Below, in pieces: positions 1 through 11,165 of a stretch of DNA of 64,000 nt; the stretch's first letter is position 1, and every line of letters begins with the position of its first letter. Below the pieces are notes generated by a model. That model made no database searches, was not told where the DNA came from, and saw only the letters and a program-made list of their open reading frames with translations. Where the stretch lies: contig CAVXWP010000002.1 in NCBI GenBank assembly GCA_963765495.1, positions 541,476 to 605,475 on the forward strand, in the 5' to 3' direction. Made by a program: the position numbers and the translations under genes. The DNA is from Blastocatellia bacterium. GTDB taxonomy: Bacteria; Acidobacteriota; Blastocatellia; UBA7656.

Positions 1-1478
1 TTCAAATCGTATTCAACTTTGGGCAGCGCGGCCACGGCTCTCCACTGCGCCTGAGTGATTTCGAATTTTCCCATGTAAAACGGCGGGACGTTGACCTGAT
101 GTTGAGGCCCTTCATAAGGCAGCCGCTCCTTTTCGTTATCCGGCGAACCCATCATGAATGCGCCTCCGGGGATTTCCACCATATCCAGCATCGCCCCGTT
201 GAGGTCTTCTGAAAAAACCCGCATCTCACCCTGTCGCTTTCTTGTTACGCGACCCGCCGAATCCAGCATCACTAAATCGAAGGTAAAAGGCCGCAAGGGC
301 GGAACTTCTATCTTTGGTAGCGAAGCATCCCCAGCCGGTTTCAAAGCCGTCGATGCCTCTATCATCTCTCCTCGATTTTCGCCACGCCTGAACCCAACCC
401 ATAGCGCCAGAGCCACTATGACCATCATCGCGGCAGCCATGCCGATCCGCACGAAAGGCACCCGGCCTCTCGCTCCTGTTTGCGTGTTTCTCCCTCCGAC
501 AGCCTCTACCTCCGTAGCCTGAACTGGTGACACTTGAACCGAGGTTGTGGAATCGGATTCGGGAGAAATGCTTGCGCCTTCCGACGAACCTTCAAAAGGC
601 TCGGCTCCGCTGCTCCTGATAATGGTGACATCTTCACGTCCGGGCAGATTATGCATCGCGGCTCGCCAGGCTTTCCGCATCTGGGCCGCGTTTGCAGGGC
701 GAAGCTCGCGGTTCTGCTCCATAGCCTTCATCAGGATGTCGGCAATGGTCCGAGGCACATCCGGGTTCAAGTCGCAGGCAGCCACCAGCGGATCGGGCTG
801 GCCGCAGATGGAAGCCGACGCGCGCGCAAGAGCATCGGGCGGCGTCACACAGGTCATCAAATGCTGAAGCGTGGCGGCGAGCGAATAGAGGTCGCTGCGC
901 GGGTCTGTGCCTGTTCCCTGAATCTGTTCAAGCGGCGCGTAGTGCGGTGTGTAGCCCAGAATGCTTCCGCCCCCGGTCACTTGCGACATCATCTGCGGCG
1001 AGCCTTTAGCCAGCCCGAAATCGAGCAGGATTATCTCTCCGCGCTCGGTCAGCTTCAGATTCTGCGGTTTGATATCTCGATGGATGATCGGCGGCTCTTG
1101 CGCGTGAAGGTATTCAAGCGAGTCGAGCAGTATATCGCCCCACTTGAGGACATCGCTGACGGCAAAAGGCTTGCCGAGGCGTTCGAGAAGTGTGGCCAGA
1201 TCGTCACCCGGAATGTATTGCATAATGAGGAACTGGCCTGCGTCCTCCATGAAATGGTCGCTTACAACCGGAAGGGCGGCGTGCCGCAGCCCGGCAAGCA
1301 ACCGGGCCTCGCGCTCGAAGGCTTTGCGAAGATGGTCATCGGTAAAAAAAGTCTCTTTGAGCGCGATGATGCTGCCCAGGCGCTGATCCCTCGCCTGATA
1401 AACCGCGCCCATTCCGCCTTGAGCTATTAACCTGATGACCAGATAACGATTCTGTAACAGGGTGTCGGGTGCAAGCAT
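1..1478 (-). CDS. Ser/Thr protein kinase fused to C-terminal formylglycine-generating-enzyme (FGE/SUMF1) domain; runs off left edge
   Basis: Manual minus-strand translation from ATG at 1478: MLAPDTLLQNRYLVIRLIAQGGMGAVY...HRDIKPQNLKL (Hanks kinase motifs); C-terminal MVEIPGGAFMMGSPDNEKER...EGPQHQVNVPPFYMGKFEITQAQW is typical of FGE domains. Confidence 0.9.
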   Translation of the reverse strand, partial: MLAPDTLLQNRYLVIRLIAQGGMGAVYQARDQRLGSIIALKETFFTDDHLRKAFEREARLLAGLRHAALPVVSDHFMEDAGQFLIMQYIPGDDLATLLERLGKPFAVSDVLKWGDILLDSLEYLHAQEPPIIHRDIKPQNLKLTERGEIILLDFGLAKGSPQMMSQVTGGGSILGYTPHYAPLEQIQGTGTDPRSDLYSLAATLQHLMTCVTPPDALARASASICGQPDPLVAACDLNPDVPRTIADILMKAMEQNRELRPANAAQMRKAWRAAMHNLPGREDVTIIRSSGAEPFEGSSEGASISPESDSTTSVQVSPVQATEVEAVGGRNTQTGARGRVPFVRIGMAAAMMVIVALALWVGFRRGENRGEMIEASTALKPAGDASLPKIEVPPLRPFTFDLVMLDSAGRVTRKRQGEMRVFSEDLNGAMLDMVEIPGGAFMMGSPDNEKERLPYEGPQHQVNVPPFYMGKFEITQAQWRAVAALPKVEYDL

Positions 1479-1654
1479 AACGATTCCTTATCTCATCCGA
1501 GAAAAACGTTCGATAACCTGCTCGGGAGCACTGGAGCTACGGGGGATTATCGCGCCTGTACCTACATTAAACAAGAGATATTTCCACGGGATCAGGAACT
1601 TCGTGGCAGGGCTGTTTGGTTTTCCAGGAATGTAGGGTAGGAAATTAGAAACAG

Positions 1655-1750
1655 GCCACGGAATCGACGGGTTTTCACGGATTTTCACGGATTTGACCGT
1701 ATAGTGTCTGATCCGCGTAAATCCGCCCGATCCGCGTAAATCCGTTGCCT
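1655..1750. repeat. Intergenic REP-like palindrome built from short CACGGAT/ATCCGCG tandem units
   Basis: ttttcacggattttcacggattt faces atccgcgtaaatccgccccgatccgcgtaaatccgt. Confidence 0.5.
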
Positions 1751-1801
1751 ATTCCCATTTGCCCGATTTGATTTTGAGGAATACCCAAATACCCGGATAT
1801 A

Positions 1802-4800
1802 TCATTTATCCTTCTCTTCATCTTTGGGAATGAGACTTTTGAACTCTTCCATCGCGGCGAGCGATTTAAAATCTTCTTCTTCTGCCAATCCGTAAGCCAA
1901 CTCTTCATCAAGTTCGACGGCTCGTTTGAGCGAGGCAATGGCTTCCTGCTTTCGCCCCAGACGGGAAAGGGCGCAGGCGCGATTGTAATGCCCTTCGGCA
2001 TCCTCTTCGTCTATCTTAATCGCCCGATCGGCAGAGGCCAGAGCCGCCGCCCAGTCCTGTAATTGGCGATAGGCTTCGGCCAGTGCGATGTGCGGATAGG
2101 TGAGAGTTTTATCTATCTCGCCCGCCTTCTTGAAAAAAGGCAGCGCCTCTTTTGCGCGATCACTGTTGAGGCGGATGCGGCCAATATAATAATTTGCCAT
2201 CGCGCTTTTCGCCATCCTCTGAGGAGCTGAAGCGGCAAGCCCCTCGGCCAGATCGTTCTTCTGGTCAAGATAGAAATGGCTCATCAGATTTGCAAAAAGA
2301 TCGTTATCCGAACGCCCATACTTCGCGCCTTCGTCTATCAATGCACACGCATCTTTGAAGCGCCCCGCGTAGGCGAGAAATTCGGCCAGATCGACATAGG
2401 CGGCCTGGTTGTGCGGGTCGCGTTCGAGCGCCGCGCGATATTCGCTCTCCGCCTGCCGGGCGTCGCCCGTTTCCCTGTAAAGCGACGCGAGCCCCGTGTG
2501 GGCGCGAGGGTCATCGGGCTCAAGCTTTATGTAACGCTCATAAAACCCGATTGCGAGTCTCTTCTCTGCCTCATCTTTGGATGTCTGGTAATTGTCGGCC
2601 AGCCTCATCAGCGCGAGTGGAAACGGCGGGTCTTCCTCGCTCAACGCGCGCCAGATGGCAATCGCCTCGTCCTTCTTTTCGACTCCCCTCAGGGCAAGCG
2701 CCTTGAGATGGCGAAGACCGCGATTTTGAGGGTCATCCTTGAGCGCCTGCTCGGCCAGTTCGAGCGCGGCGGGCGCGTCTTCATCCACAATCATCAGGAC
2801 TCGCACGAAAGGGGTCATGCTGATGGCTTGAACAGGCTTTCCATTTCGCCGGTCGAATATCGCCTGCATGGTCGGGCGCAGGGTATCGGATATCAAATGA
2901 AGATTTGTGTCTTCGACTATCGTTTCCAACAGCATCCAGGCGTCTTTCTTTCGCGCAAACTTCAGCCTGACCAGCAGTTGTGCAAAGGTGGAAGGCTCGA
3001 TTAAAAGCGCCTCGGCCTTGTCGCCTTTGATCTCGGTCTTCAACAGTCGCATGCCCTGGCCGGTAAACCGGTTCTTTTTGAAGCCGGTCGAGAACTCAAG
3101 AAGTAGCGCGTGATAAGCGTCCGACATCTGCTCGCGTTCGTGCTCGCTCATAGCCGACCACGTGCCCGCCCCCCTGAGATCATCGGTCAGCAGAGCGATG
3201 TCGAGCGCGGCGGTGAGCGCCGAGGTATCGCCCTCCGGCAACTCCGCGCATATTCTTTGCGCAAGAGTGAGCGGGTCGCGTTGAAAATCGGGCACGCTGC
3301 GGGGCGCTTCCAGCACCTCTATGTCGATCAGGTTCAGCGCGGCATAGCTTAACAACTCATCTTCCGAGCCCCTGATATGAGTCGCATCAACAAAATCGGT
3401 TCCCCAGGTCGGGTCAAGTTCGATCCACTCGCCCGCGTAGACTTCTACCCACGCGTGACCGCCGAACGAGCCGCCGCCGTAGGCGATGCCGGAAACCATT
3501 CGCGCAGGCAGACCGAGCGCGCGGGCCATCGCTACAAACAATTCGCTAAACTCACGACAATCGGCTTCGCGGGTCGCAAGCGTCTGAGCCGCGTCCGCAT
3601 CGTCCACACGTTTCCATTTCAGGTTCTTATAAATCCAGTCGCCAAGTTTACGCGCCACGCTCCAGCCGTCGCGGTCATCCCCGGCAATCTCCTGCGCCTT
3701 TGCAATTACGTTTTGATCAGTTGAAACGATCTCGCGCGTAGGTTGCAGGAAAGGCGCGAACTCGGCACCCGAAACAGGCAATTGAACACTCTTTTCAGGA
3801 ATGTGACGGCGCGGGCGCACCTCGATTACCAGTTCGTCGTCGGAACGTTTCTCAACCCGTTGATGATCTGTTGCAACCTCTTCTTTGATGCGGTCAATCA
3901 CGCCCGCCCCTCTGGCTCGAATCCGCAGCTTTATATTTTCGATGTGTCGCTGGTCGGCTATAGGTACGCCGTGCGATTCGATCACCGCGTAGGTCGCGCG
4001 ATAATCCTTAGCTGCGCTTGAAAGGTCGGCCACCGAGTAGCGGCCTTCGCGGCCAAGCGAAACCGACATGCGTGCATCAATGCCGGTCTCGCTCGGAAGC
4101 GCGTAAAAGTTCTGACTGTGAAAGGCTTCGGCCGTAGCCGTTATCACTTTAAGAAATTCCTTCATCTCGGCCGTGTTGTCTTGAGAGGTTATTTCGGCTG
4201 TCGCGGCCTCGAGATTATAGCCGCCAAAAGCTATCACTCCCGAAGGCGCATTTTGCGCCGCCTTTGCGAAGTCGCGCGCCGCGTCAAGCTTCTCCTTCTG
4301 ATCCAGCCGGGCGATTGCTTCGCGGCTTCCCGATACTACGAGATAGCCGTTTTTGATCGTCATCAGCAGATCTGTTTCCCCAAGCTTCAGATGAGCGACG
4401 CCTTCGGAAGCCGAAACACCTTTGAACAGTTTTCCAGCGTTCAATGCCGTGATCAGTCTCTCGGATTTCAGTTTAAAGAAGATGTTCCACGGCGCGTTGA
4501 AAAAGCCTTTGTCGAGATTTGGAAGCCCGAGAAGCGCGGCCCCGATCTCAGGGCCGATCTCGGGCAAGACCTCCCTTTCAAAATCGAGCGCCCAGACGGA
4601 AGCGACCTGCTTAGCTTCCTCTGCGCCAAGCAGCGTGGCTGCCCACTCGTTCCACCTTTCCCTCAGATCGAATTTCGTAAACCCGTAAACGATTGCCGAG
4701 CGAGGCAAAAGCTCTCGCGGAGAAGAAAGCTCGCTTACCTGAAACGGCGCGAGAAGTCGGGTCCAGCCCGCATCTTTGAACGAGACTTTATAGGAGTTCT

Positions 4801-5557
4801 CCCACGCCGCGTTTGAAATCCTTAGCGCGCCGCTTTCCATCACCGCTGCGTCAGCACCGCCTCCATCTTTTTTTGCGACCACGGTTTGAAACAGCGCGCT
4901 GAGGTTGCTCAGATAAATACAATCACCGCCCGTTTCGACGGCGCGTTTGAATGCGGGATTCGCGCCTATGCCTGATTGGCCTATGCCTGACTGATCACGG
5001 TCCAGCCGCGAAAGCACGTCTCGAAGCGAATACCAATCCGCGGCAAGCACCGCCGCATCGCCCGCATAGGCAAGATAGATCGCATCGTGTTTAATGCGCC
5101 CTGCCGAGTCAACCTCGCGGCGCTCGATTACCTTGACCGGATAGCCGAGGCACTCGTCGTGACCTATGAAATCATACCGTTGCAAACTGCGCTGTGATGG
5201 TGCTGAAGATTTGCCTGCAAGCGCGATTGCGCCGCCCAGCGGCAATATCGCAGGAACAAATCCGATAAATCGCGACGCGGCCGAAACTATTTCGGGAAGA
5301 TCCGCGAAATTGCCTACATGGGTTTGATAAAGCGAGAGCGTATGCTCGAACCTGTCGCGGTCGCTCACCCGCAGGAGGACCGCCTTTCGCTCGGCTCCAC
5401 CAAGCCCGGCAGGTGCTCCTGCGACTGTCCAGGCAGCAAAGGCAATAGGGCGCGATGACTGAATCCCGATCTGATTTAGTATCTCGCCATCCGATTGCGT
5501 TTCGAGGAACTGGGCCACGCTCTCTCTGAAGTAATTCAGCAACAGTAACCTCATCAA
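1802..5557 (-). CDS. Large transglutaminase-like domain protein with C-terminal TPR repeats (C-terminal part)
   Basis: DCREFSELFVAMARALGLPARMVSG...HAWVEVYAGEWIELDPTW is the transglutaminase Cys/His/Asp core; TPR helices end in YNRACALSRLG. Confidence 0.85.
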   Translation of the reverse strand: MMRLLLLNYFRESVAQFLETQSDGEILNQIGIQSSRPIAFAAWTVAGAPAGLGGAERKAVLLRVSDRDRFEHTLSLYQTHVGNFADLPEIVSAASRFIGFVPAILPLGGAIALAGKSSAPSQRSLQRYDFIGHDECLGYPVKVIERREVDSAGRIKHDAIYLAYAGDAAVLAADWYSLRDVLSRLDRDQSGIGQSGIGANPAFKRAVETGGDCIYLSNLSALFQTVVAKKDGGGADAAVMESGALRISNAAWENSYKVSFKDAGWTRLLAPFQVSELSSPRELLPRSAIVYGFTKFDLRERWNEWAATLLGAEEAKQVASVWALDFEREVLPEIGPEIGAALLGLPNLDKGFFNAPWNIFFKLKSERLITALNAGKLFKGVSASEGVAHLKLGETDLLMTIKNGYLVVSGSREAIARLDQKEKLDAARDFAKAAQNAPSGVIAFGGYNLEAATAEITSQDNTAEMKEFLKVITATAEAFHSQNFYALPSETGIDARMSVSLGREGRYSVADLSSAAKDYRATYAVIESHGVPIADQRHIENIKLRIRARGAGVIDRIKEEVATDHQRVEKRSDDELVIEVRPRRHIPEKSVQLPVSGAEFAPFLQPTREIVSTDQNVIAKAQEIAGDDRDGWSVARKLGDWIYKNLKWKRVDDADAAQTLATREADCREFSELFVAMARALGLPARMVSGIAYGGGSFGGHAWVEVYAGEWIELDPTWGTDFVDATHIRGSEDELLSYAALNLIDIEVLEAPRSVPDFQRDPLTLAQRICAELPEGDTSALTAALDIALLTDDLRGAGTWSAMSEHEREQMSDAYHALLLEFSTGFKKNRFTGQGMRLLKTEIKGDKAEALLIEPSTFAQLLVRLKFARKKDAWMLLETIVEDTNLHLISDTLRPTMQAIFDRRNGKPVQAISMTPFVRVLMIVDEDAPAALELAEQALKDDPQNRGLRHLKALALRGVEKKDEAIAIWRALSEEDPPFPLALMRLADNYQTSKDEAEKRLAIGFYERYIKLEPDDPRAHTGLASLYRETGDARQAESEYRAALERDPHNQAAYVDLAEFLAYAGRFKDACALIDEGAKYGRSDNDLFANLMSHFYLDQKNDLAEGLAASAPQRMAKSAMANYYIGRIRLNSDRAKEALPFFKKAGEIDKTLTYPHIALAEAYRQLQDWAAALASADRAIKIDEEDAEGHYNRACALSRLGRKQEAIASLKRAVELDEELAYGLAEEEDFKSLAAMEEFKSLIPKDEEKDK

Positions 5558-6185
5558 CTCGCGCGGGCTTATCCCTTATCTGCGCGTTTATGCGCAGCGT
5601 GGAGTAGCCAAGATAACGGAATGGGTCTTTGATAATCAGGGCCGATTGCACGATGGCCTTAAAGTAAGGTTCGACCTGTTCGATCTTTGAAACGGGAGAT
5701 ATTAAAAGGAAAGTAATACCGACAGGCCCTTCGACCGTGGTCCAGATCAAGCGGCGCGACGAGACGTCGCGAGCGTCCGACATCTCGAACATGATTTCGC
5801 GAGCTTCGATGCCGGACATCTGAGTCCGGCGAACGGTGAGGGCATCGGCCCCGCCGGGCACTCCGCGAAGCGATTGCATCAGCGCCGCAACATAAGCCTT
5901 TAAGGCTATGCCGTCGGGGATCTCTTCGAGCAAGACTTGAAGGTCCTGGCCTTCGGGGCCTTTGAATCTGAGGCTCTCGCCCTGCTGCTCCCATTCGGAG
6001 GGCACGCGAAAAACCACTCTTGTCGACGGGTCGACGTAGCGTTTGAAAGCGGAGGCGGGTAATTTATAGCCCTGCCATTCGGCCTCACGCGCCTGAGTCT
6101 TCGCGTTTTGCGCCAGGCCTTGCTCAGAAAAAAAGAGCAGCGTCAGGCAGACGGCTATTATGAATCTTAAATGTAGTCTCGGCAT
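5558..6185 (-). CDS. Signal-peptide-bearing N-terminal part, probably of the same gene as 1802-5557 (frame break near 5555)
   Basis: ORF 5172-6185 has a Sec signal and protein-like sequence up to about KPARVDEV, then degenerates where the 1802-5557 frame takes over. Confidence 0.55.
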
Positions 6186-6215
6186 AAACTTCCTCTTTGG
6201 CAGTGGTCAGTAATC

Positions 6216-6344
6216 GGGGGGCCAGGGGTCAGGGGCCGGGGGCCGGTAGTCTCTTGTTTATAGGCCATAGTCAACTGTGGCCCGTATTTTTGATTGAGAA
6301 TTAACCCATCAGTAACCGGCCCCTGCCCCCCGGCCCCCGGCCCC
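6216..6344. repeat. Inverted heptamer-repeat (GGGGCCR/YGGCCCC) hairpin, possible terminator or REP-like element
   Basis: ggggccaggggtcaggggccgggggccggt ... accggcccctgcccccggcccccggcccc directly downstream of the maoC-like stop. Confidence 0.5.
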
Positions 6345-6808
6345 TAATCGTAATATCTGACAAGCCATTCAGCGATGAGCGAAGGCTTTTGCGCGCCTTC
6401 GACTTCGATTGTCACGGCCCAGGTGATCTGCGCGCCGCCGGGGACATCTTCTACGGACTGAAGAGTAAAGCGGGCGCGCAGGCGCGAGCCTACCGGGACA
6501 GGCGATGGAAAGCGCAGGCGGTTCAAGCCATAATTGATTCCCATCTTGAAATCGCCGCGCACGGTGAAGGCTTCGGCCGCAAAATAAGGCAGAAGCGAAA
6601 GGGTCAAAAAACCGTGAGCGATGGTTCCGCCAAAAGGCGAATCGGTCTTTGCCCGCTCGGTGTCCAGATGAATCCATTGATGGTCTTCTGTGGCGTCGGC
6701 AAACTCGTTAACCCGCGCCTGAGTCATCTCGAACCAGTCGCTTGCGCCTATCTCCTGGCCGACAAGCGTCTTCAATTCTTCGATCCCTTCGATCACACGT
6801 TTTGGCAT
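6344..6808 (-). CDS. MaoC family dehydratase
   Basis: FADATEDHQWIH...TIAHGFLTLSL hotdog hydratase motif; YGLNRLRFPSPV. Confidence 0.92.
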   Translation of the reverse strand: MPKRVIEGIEELKTLVGQEIGASDWFEMTQARVNEFADATEDHQWIHLDTERAKTDSPFGGTIAHGFLTLSLLPYFAAEAFTVRGDFKMGINYGLNRLRFPSPVPVGSRLRARFTLQSVEDVPGGAQITWAVTIEVEGAQKPSLIAEWLVRYYD

Positions 6809-6918
6809 GAGGCTCTCCTTAGTTAAGCAAATCTGCATTTAGACAGGATTAACAGGATTTACGAGTTTAACCGGCCAAAGAAAATCTTGTAAATCATAAA
6901 AAACTTGGTCAATCCTCT

Positions 6919-8103
6919 CTAAATCGCGCCCTCTTCGATCAGGGTTGCAATCTCATCTGTGCCAAAACCCAGTTCAAGGAGTACTTCCCGGTTATGCTCT
7001 CCGAGGCGCGGCGCGAGGCGCGTTATCCGGGCAGGCGTCTCGCTCAAACGCACCGGGGTAGCAGCAAGCGGAACAGGCGCGCTGCTTCCCGGATACTCTC
7101 TCTCTTCAAAAAGGTTTCGGGCGTTCACCTGAGGATCGGCCAAAACTTCGTCAAGATTATACACCGGCCCGCAAGGCACGCGCACACGTTCGAGTTCGGC
7201 TATCGCCTCGTCGCGCGTATGCCAGCCACACCAGTCCGACATCGCCTGATTGATGATTTCGGAGTTGTTTGCCCTGCTTATGTCGTCGGCAAAGCGCGGG
7301 TCGTCAATCAAATCCTCTCTGCCTATGAGTCGAGCCCACCTGCGAAACATAGCGTTGCCTATGGTAGGCACTATGATCCAACCGTCGCGTGTGCGATAGA
7401 CATCGTTTGGAGCCGTGTGGTAGCTCGTGTTGCCCTGCTGTCGGCGAAGGATACCCGTCATGGCGCGCTCGGCCAGCAACGGCTGCATAAACATGGCGCT
7501 TGTCGCAAGAAGCGATACGTCTATCAACTGGCCTCGCCCCGATGTTTCTCTCTCGTAAAGCGCAGCCATCGCGCCGAATGCCGCGTGCAGCGCGGTCCCG
7601 TAATCAACAAAAGATACGATGTCGCGTATGGGCACATCCGGGAAACCCGTCAGGCTCATAGCGCCGCTCATCGCCTGCGCAACCGTGTCGAAGCCCACGC
7701 GATTGGCATACGGCCCGTCAGGCCCAAAGGCGGAAGCCATGACCAGAATGATGTCGGGTTTTATCTGTCTGAGCGATTCATAATCGAGACCGAGTTTCAT
7801 CATCACGTCAATCGGGAGATTCACGACGGCAATATCGGCGCTCGCGACGAGGCGGCGGACTACTTCGCGGCCAAGCGGATGCGCGGGATCGAGCGTAATG
7901 CCCCGCTTGTTGCGGTTGACGTTCAGGAAAAGCCCGCCTTCGCCCGATTCGGTGACGGGGCCTACGTATCGGTCTTCGCCTCCTTCGCGCCGTTCTACGC
8001 GGATCACGTCAGCGCCAAAATCGGCTAACAACATCGCGCAGTAAGGCCCGGCAATGAAGCGCCCAAAATCAATAACCCTGATTCCCTCAAGTAATCGTGT
8101 CAT
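6919..8103 (-). CDS. CaiB/BaiF (family III) CoA transferase
   Basis: [44 protein letters not shown]-terminal APRLGEHN. Confidence 0.93.
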   Translation of the reverse strand: MTRLLEGIRVIDFGRFIAGPYCAMLLADFGADVIRVERREGGEDRYVGPVTESGEGGLFLNVNRNKRGITLDPAHPLGREVVRRLVASADIAVVNLPIDVMMKLGLDYESLRQIKPDIILVMASAFGPDGPYANRVGFDTVAQAMSGAMSLTGFPDVPIRDIVSFVDYGTALHAAFGAMAALYERETSGRGQLIDVSLLATSAMFMQPLLAERAMTGILRRQQGNTSYHTAPNDVYRTRDGWIIVPTIGNAMFRRWARLIGREDLIDDPRFADDISRANNSEIINQAMSDWCGWHTRDEAIAELERVRVPCGPVYNLDEVLADPQVNARNLFEEREYPGSSAPVPLAATPVRLSETPARITRLAPRLGEHNREVLLELGFGTDEIATLIEEGAI

Positions 8104-8249
8104 AATAAAGTCGGCTCTGAGATTTGAAGTCTTGAGATTTGTGAAATCTCAAAATGTTCGCCGCGCAGCATCCTACCTTGCGCCCCGTCTTAATTCAACA
8201 GAGGAAGGCCGGATTGCATCTGTTTGACGCGTGTTCTAGAGTTGCGGTT

Positions 8250-9899
8250 ATGAATGACGCGGGACCAGAACTGTCGGCGCGTGTGCGCGACGCAAACATC
8301 GGTCGCATGCAACAGGAAGCCTTCGATGTAGCCGTGATCGGCGGCGGCATCACGGGCGCGGGCGTTTTGCTTGACGCGGCATCGCGCGGCTTTTCCGCAG
8401 CGTTGATCGAGAAACGCGATTTCGCAAGCGGCACAAGCTCGCGCTCATCCAAGCTCATTCACGGAGGCTTGCGCTATCTCGAACATTTTCAATTCTCGCT
8501 CGTGCGCGAGGCTCTCCGTGAGCGCGCTACGCTTGCCAGAATCGCTCCGCACCTGGCCGAACCGCTTGAGTTTTTGATACCCCTCTATGATGCGAGCCGC
8601 CGCTCGCCGCTCGGAAGCAATCGCCTGAAGCTTAAAATAGGTCTTACGCTTTACGACCTGCTGGCCGGGGGCGAGAACCTTGCACGTCACAGGTGGGTGA
8701 CGCCCGAACGGGTTCTCGAGCTTGCGCCCGCGCTGGAACCCGAAGGGCTGCGCGGCGGATTCATCTATTATGACGGCCTCACAAATGATTCGCGTCTCGT
8801 CATAGAAGTAATCAAAGCGGCAGCCGCGCGTGGCGCAGTGCCCGCCAACTATGTTGCGGCGCAAAAGCCGATCCTGATGAACGGGCGGGTATCAGGCGTC
8901 GAAGCCTGTGACACTCTCACAGGCAATGGATTTACCATTCGAGCAAAGACGGTTGTGAATGCTACGGGCGTCTGGGCGGGCGAGGTAGCCCGCGCAACAG
9001 GCGAGGGCGCGGAAATCAAGGTTCGCCCCTCGAAGGGCATTCACATCATTGTGCCCGCGAAAAAAATCGGCAACAAAACGGCCGTGCTGATTCCCTCTGT
9101 TGGCGAGCAGCGATTTCTCTTCGTGATTCCCTGGCTTGGCCGGACTATGATCGGCACGACCGACACAGATTATCGAGGCGATCTGGATGAGCCGGTCGCC
9201 GAGCCAGCCGAGATAAACCGCGTGCTCGAATCAACGGCCCGGTACTTTCCGGGCGCGGGCATCACCTCTGATGATGTGATAAGCGCCTTTGCCGGATTGC
9301 GCCCGCTCGTTGGCCGCGAGGGACAATCAACCACGGAGCTTTCGCGCAAAGAAGAGATTCTGGAAGACGAAACGGGGATGATTTCGGTCATCGGCGGAAA
9401 ACTGACTACATATCGCCGGATGGCCGAGCGCATCGTCGATATGGTTTCCCAAAAGCTTGCAAGCGATGCCCGCAGTCTTACAGCGGAAATCCCACTGGCC
9501 GGTGTTGAACGGCTCAAACACAACTGGCCGCAAAAGGCATCAGAAGCGGCCTCGGAGTTTGGCCTGCCGCTTGAAACCGTAGAGCATTTGATGCGAAGCT
9601 ACGGCGGCAATTATCAAAAGGTGCTTGAGATCACGCGGGAATCCGCCCCGTTGAAAAACCCTCTGCTTGAAGAACTGCCCCATATCGAGGCCGAAGTGGT
9701 ATACTGTGCGCGCTTTGAAATGATCACAACCGTTGAAGATTTCCTGGCTCGCCGCACGCGCATCTCCCTGCTGGCGCGCGATCACGGAAGCGATTGCGCA
9801 TCTCGCGTAGCCGAATTGATGGGCCGCAAACAGGGCCGGGCAGATTCGCCCGAAGACGCTCAACACAGGGCCGAATCACAGATCGAAGTGATTTCATAA
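8250..9899 (+). CDS. glpD: FAD-dependent glycerol-3-phosphate dehydrogenase/oxidase
   Basis: VIGGGITGAG, DFASGTSSRSSKLIHGGLRYL, GGKLTTYRRMAE. Confidence 0.9.
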   Translation: MNDAGPELSARVRDANIGRMQQEAFDVAVIGGGITGAGVLLDAASRGFSAALIEKRDFASGTSSRSSKLIHGGLRYLEHFQFSLVREALRERATLARIAPHLAEPLEFLIPLYDASRRSPLGSNRLKLKIGLTLYDLLAGGENLARHRWVTPERVLELAPALEPEGLRGGFIYYDGLTNDSRLVIEVIKAAAARGAVPANYVAAQKPILMNGRVSGVEACDTLTGNGFTIRAKTVVNATGVWAGEVARATGEGAEIKVRPSKGIHIIVPAKKIGNKTAVLIPSVGEQRFLFVIPWLGRTMIGTTDTDYRGDLDEPVAEPAEINRVLESTARYFPGAGITSDDVISAFAGLRPLVGREGQSTTELSRKEEILEDETGMISVIGGKLTTYRRMAERIVDMVSQKLASDARSLTAEIPLAGVERLKHNWPQKASEAASEFGLPLETVEHLMRSYGGNYQKVLEITRESAPLKNPLLEELPHIEAEVVYCARFEMITTVEDFLARRTRISLLARDHGSDCASRVAELMGRKQGRADSPEDAQHRAESQIEVIS

Positions 9900-9910
9900 G
9901 AGTGACGACC

Positions 9911-11050
9911 ATGCTCGACATCCCGCTTCTCGAAGATCATCACAAGCGTCTTGCCGAAGAGGCAGACCGTTTCACACGCGACCACGTGTCTGCGGATTCA
10001 AGCGGTGAATCCGATGACGATCAGGCTCGCAGGCTCGTAGTCGCGCTCGGTCAGGCAGGGCTGTTAGGACATACGGTTCCCACCCCCTCGAATGAATCCG
10101 AGAGCCTGGATGTGCGGGCGCTTTGCGTGGTGCGCGAACATCTCTCTTACGCATCGTCGCTTGCCGATTTGATGTTTGCGATGCAGGGGCTTGGTAGCTT
10201 TCCTGTGACGCTCGCGGGCAAGACTGAATTGAAGAGACGGCTTCTGCCACGCGTCAGAAGCGGCCAACACATCGCGGCCTTTGCCATCACCGAACCCGAA
10301 GCCGGTTCAGACGTGGCAGCTATTCAAACCACCGCTCGGCGAATCGGGGCAAGCTATGTGATTGACGGCGGCAAGACTTTTATATCGAACGCCGGGCTTG
10401 CGGATTTCTACACCGTCTTTGCAAAGACCGACACTGAAAAAGGGCACAAAGGCATATCGGCGTTCGTCGTAGAGCGAGACGCGCCCGGGTTTTCCGTAGA
10501 AGAAAAGATCGACCTGATCGCGCCGCATCCTATCGGGCGCATAGCCTTTAACGGCTGCCGCGTGCCTGCCGGAAATCTGCTGGGCGAAGAGGGTGAAGGA
10601 TTCAAGATAGCCATGGCCACGCTCGACACGTTCCGCCCGACCGTGGGAGCCGCCGCCGCTGGGCTCGCCTGGCGCGCTATGGACGAAGCAATCAGCTACG
10701 CGAAACGACGCGTACAATTCGGCAAACCCCTGGCCGAATATCAGGCCACGCAAATGAAGCTCGCGGATATGGCCGTAGAGCTTGACGCGGCCCGTCTGCT
10801 GATTTATCGCGCCGCGTGGAAGAAAGACACTCAGGCGGGAAGAGTCACGCTCGAATCGGCTATGGCAAAGCTTTTCGCCACCGAAGCGGCCCAGCGAATC
10901 ATAGATCAGGCAGTCCAGATTCATGGCGGGAGGGGTGTGGTTCGCGGCTCTGTCGTTGAAAAACTTTATCGAGAAGTACGCGCCCTCAGAATCTACGAAG
11001 GGACATCAGAGATTCAAAGGCTCGTCATTGCAAACCAGTTGTTGAAATAG
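9911..11050 (+). CDS. Acyl-CoA dehydrogenase family protein
   Basis: FAITEPEAGSD, GGKTFISNA, QIHGGRG, YREVRALRIYEGTSEIQRLVIA. Confidence 0.93.
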   Translation: MLDIPLLEDHHKRLAEEADRFTRDHVSADSSGESDDDQARRLVVALGQAGLLGHTVPTPSNESESLDVRALCVVREHLSYASSLADLMFAMQGLGSFPVTLAGKTELKRRLLPRVRSGQHIAAFAITEPEAGSDVAAIQTTARRIGASYVIDGGKTFISNAGLADFYTVFAKTDTEKGHKGISAFVVERDAPGFSVEEKIDLIAPHPIGRIAFNGCRVPAGNLLGEEGEGFKIAMATLDTFRPTVGAAAAGLAWRAMDEAISYAKRRVQFGKPLAEYQATQMKLADMAVELDAARLLIYRAAWKKDTQAGRVTLESAMAKLFATEAAQRIIDQAVQIHGGRGVVRGSVVEKLYREVRALRIYEGTSEIQRLVIANQLLK

Positions 11051-11165
11051 GCAATAAAATCAACAATTTACACCTGTGTGGATAAAACAGCATTCACCTG
11101 AAATCATCCTTTGTGTGCCTATTAGATGATCCGAGGAATAAGAAGGACTTTGGTAAACTATTCGC

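Noticed and set aside
534-8028. Long plus-strand ORFs (534-1430, 2276-3004, 4118-4816, 6994-8028)
   Set aside because: They are antisense shadows of well-supported minus-strand genes in GC-rich DNA.
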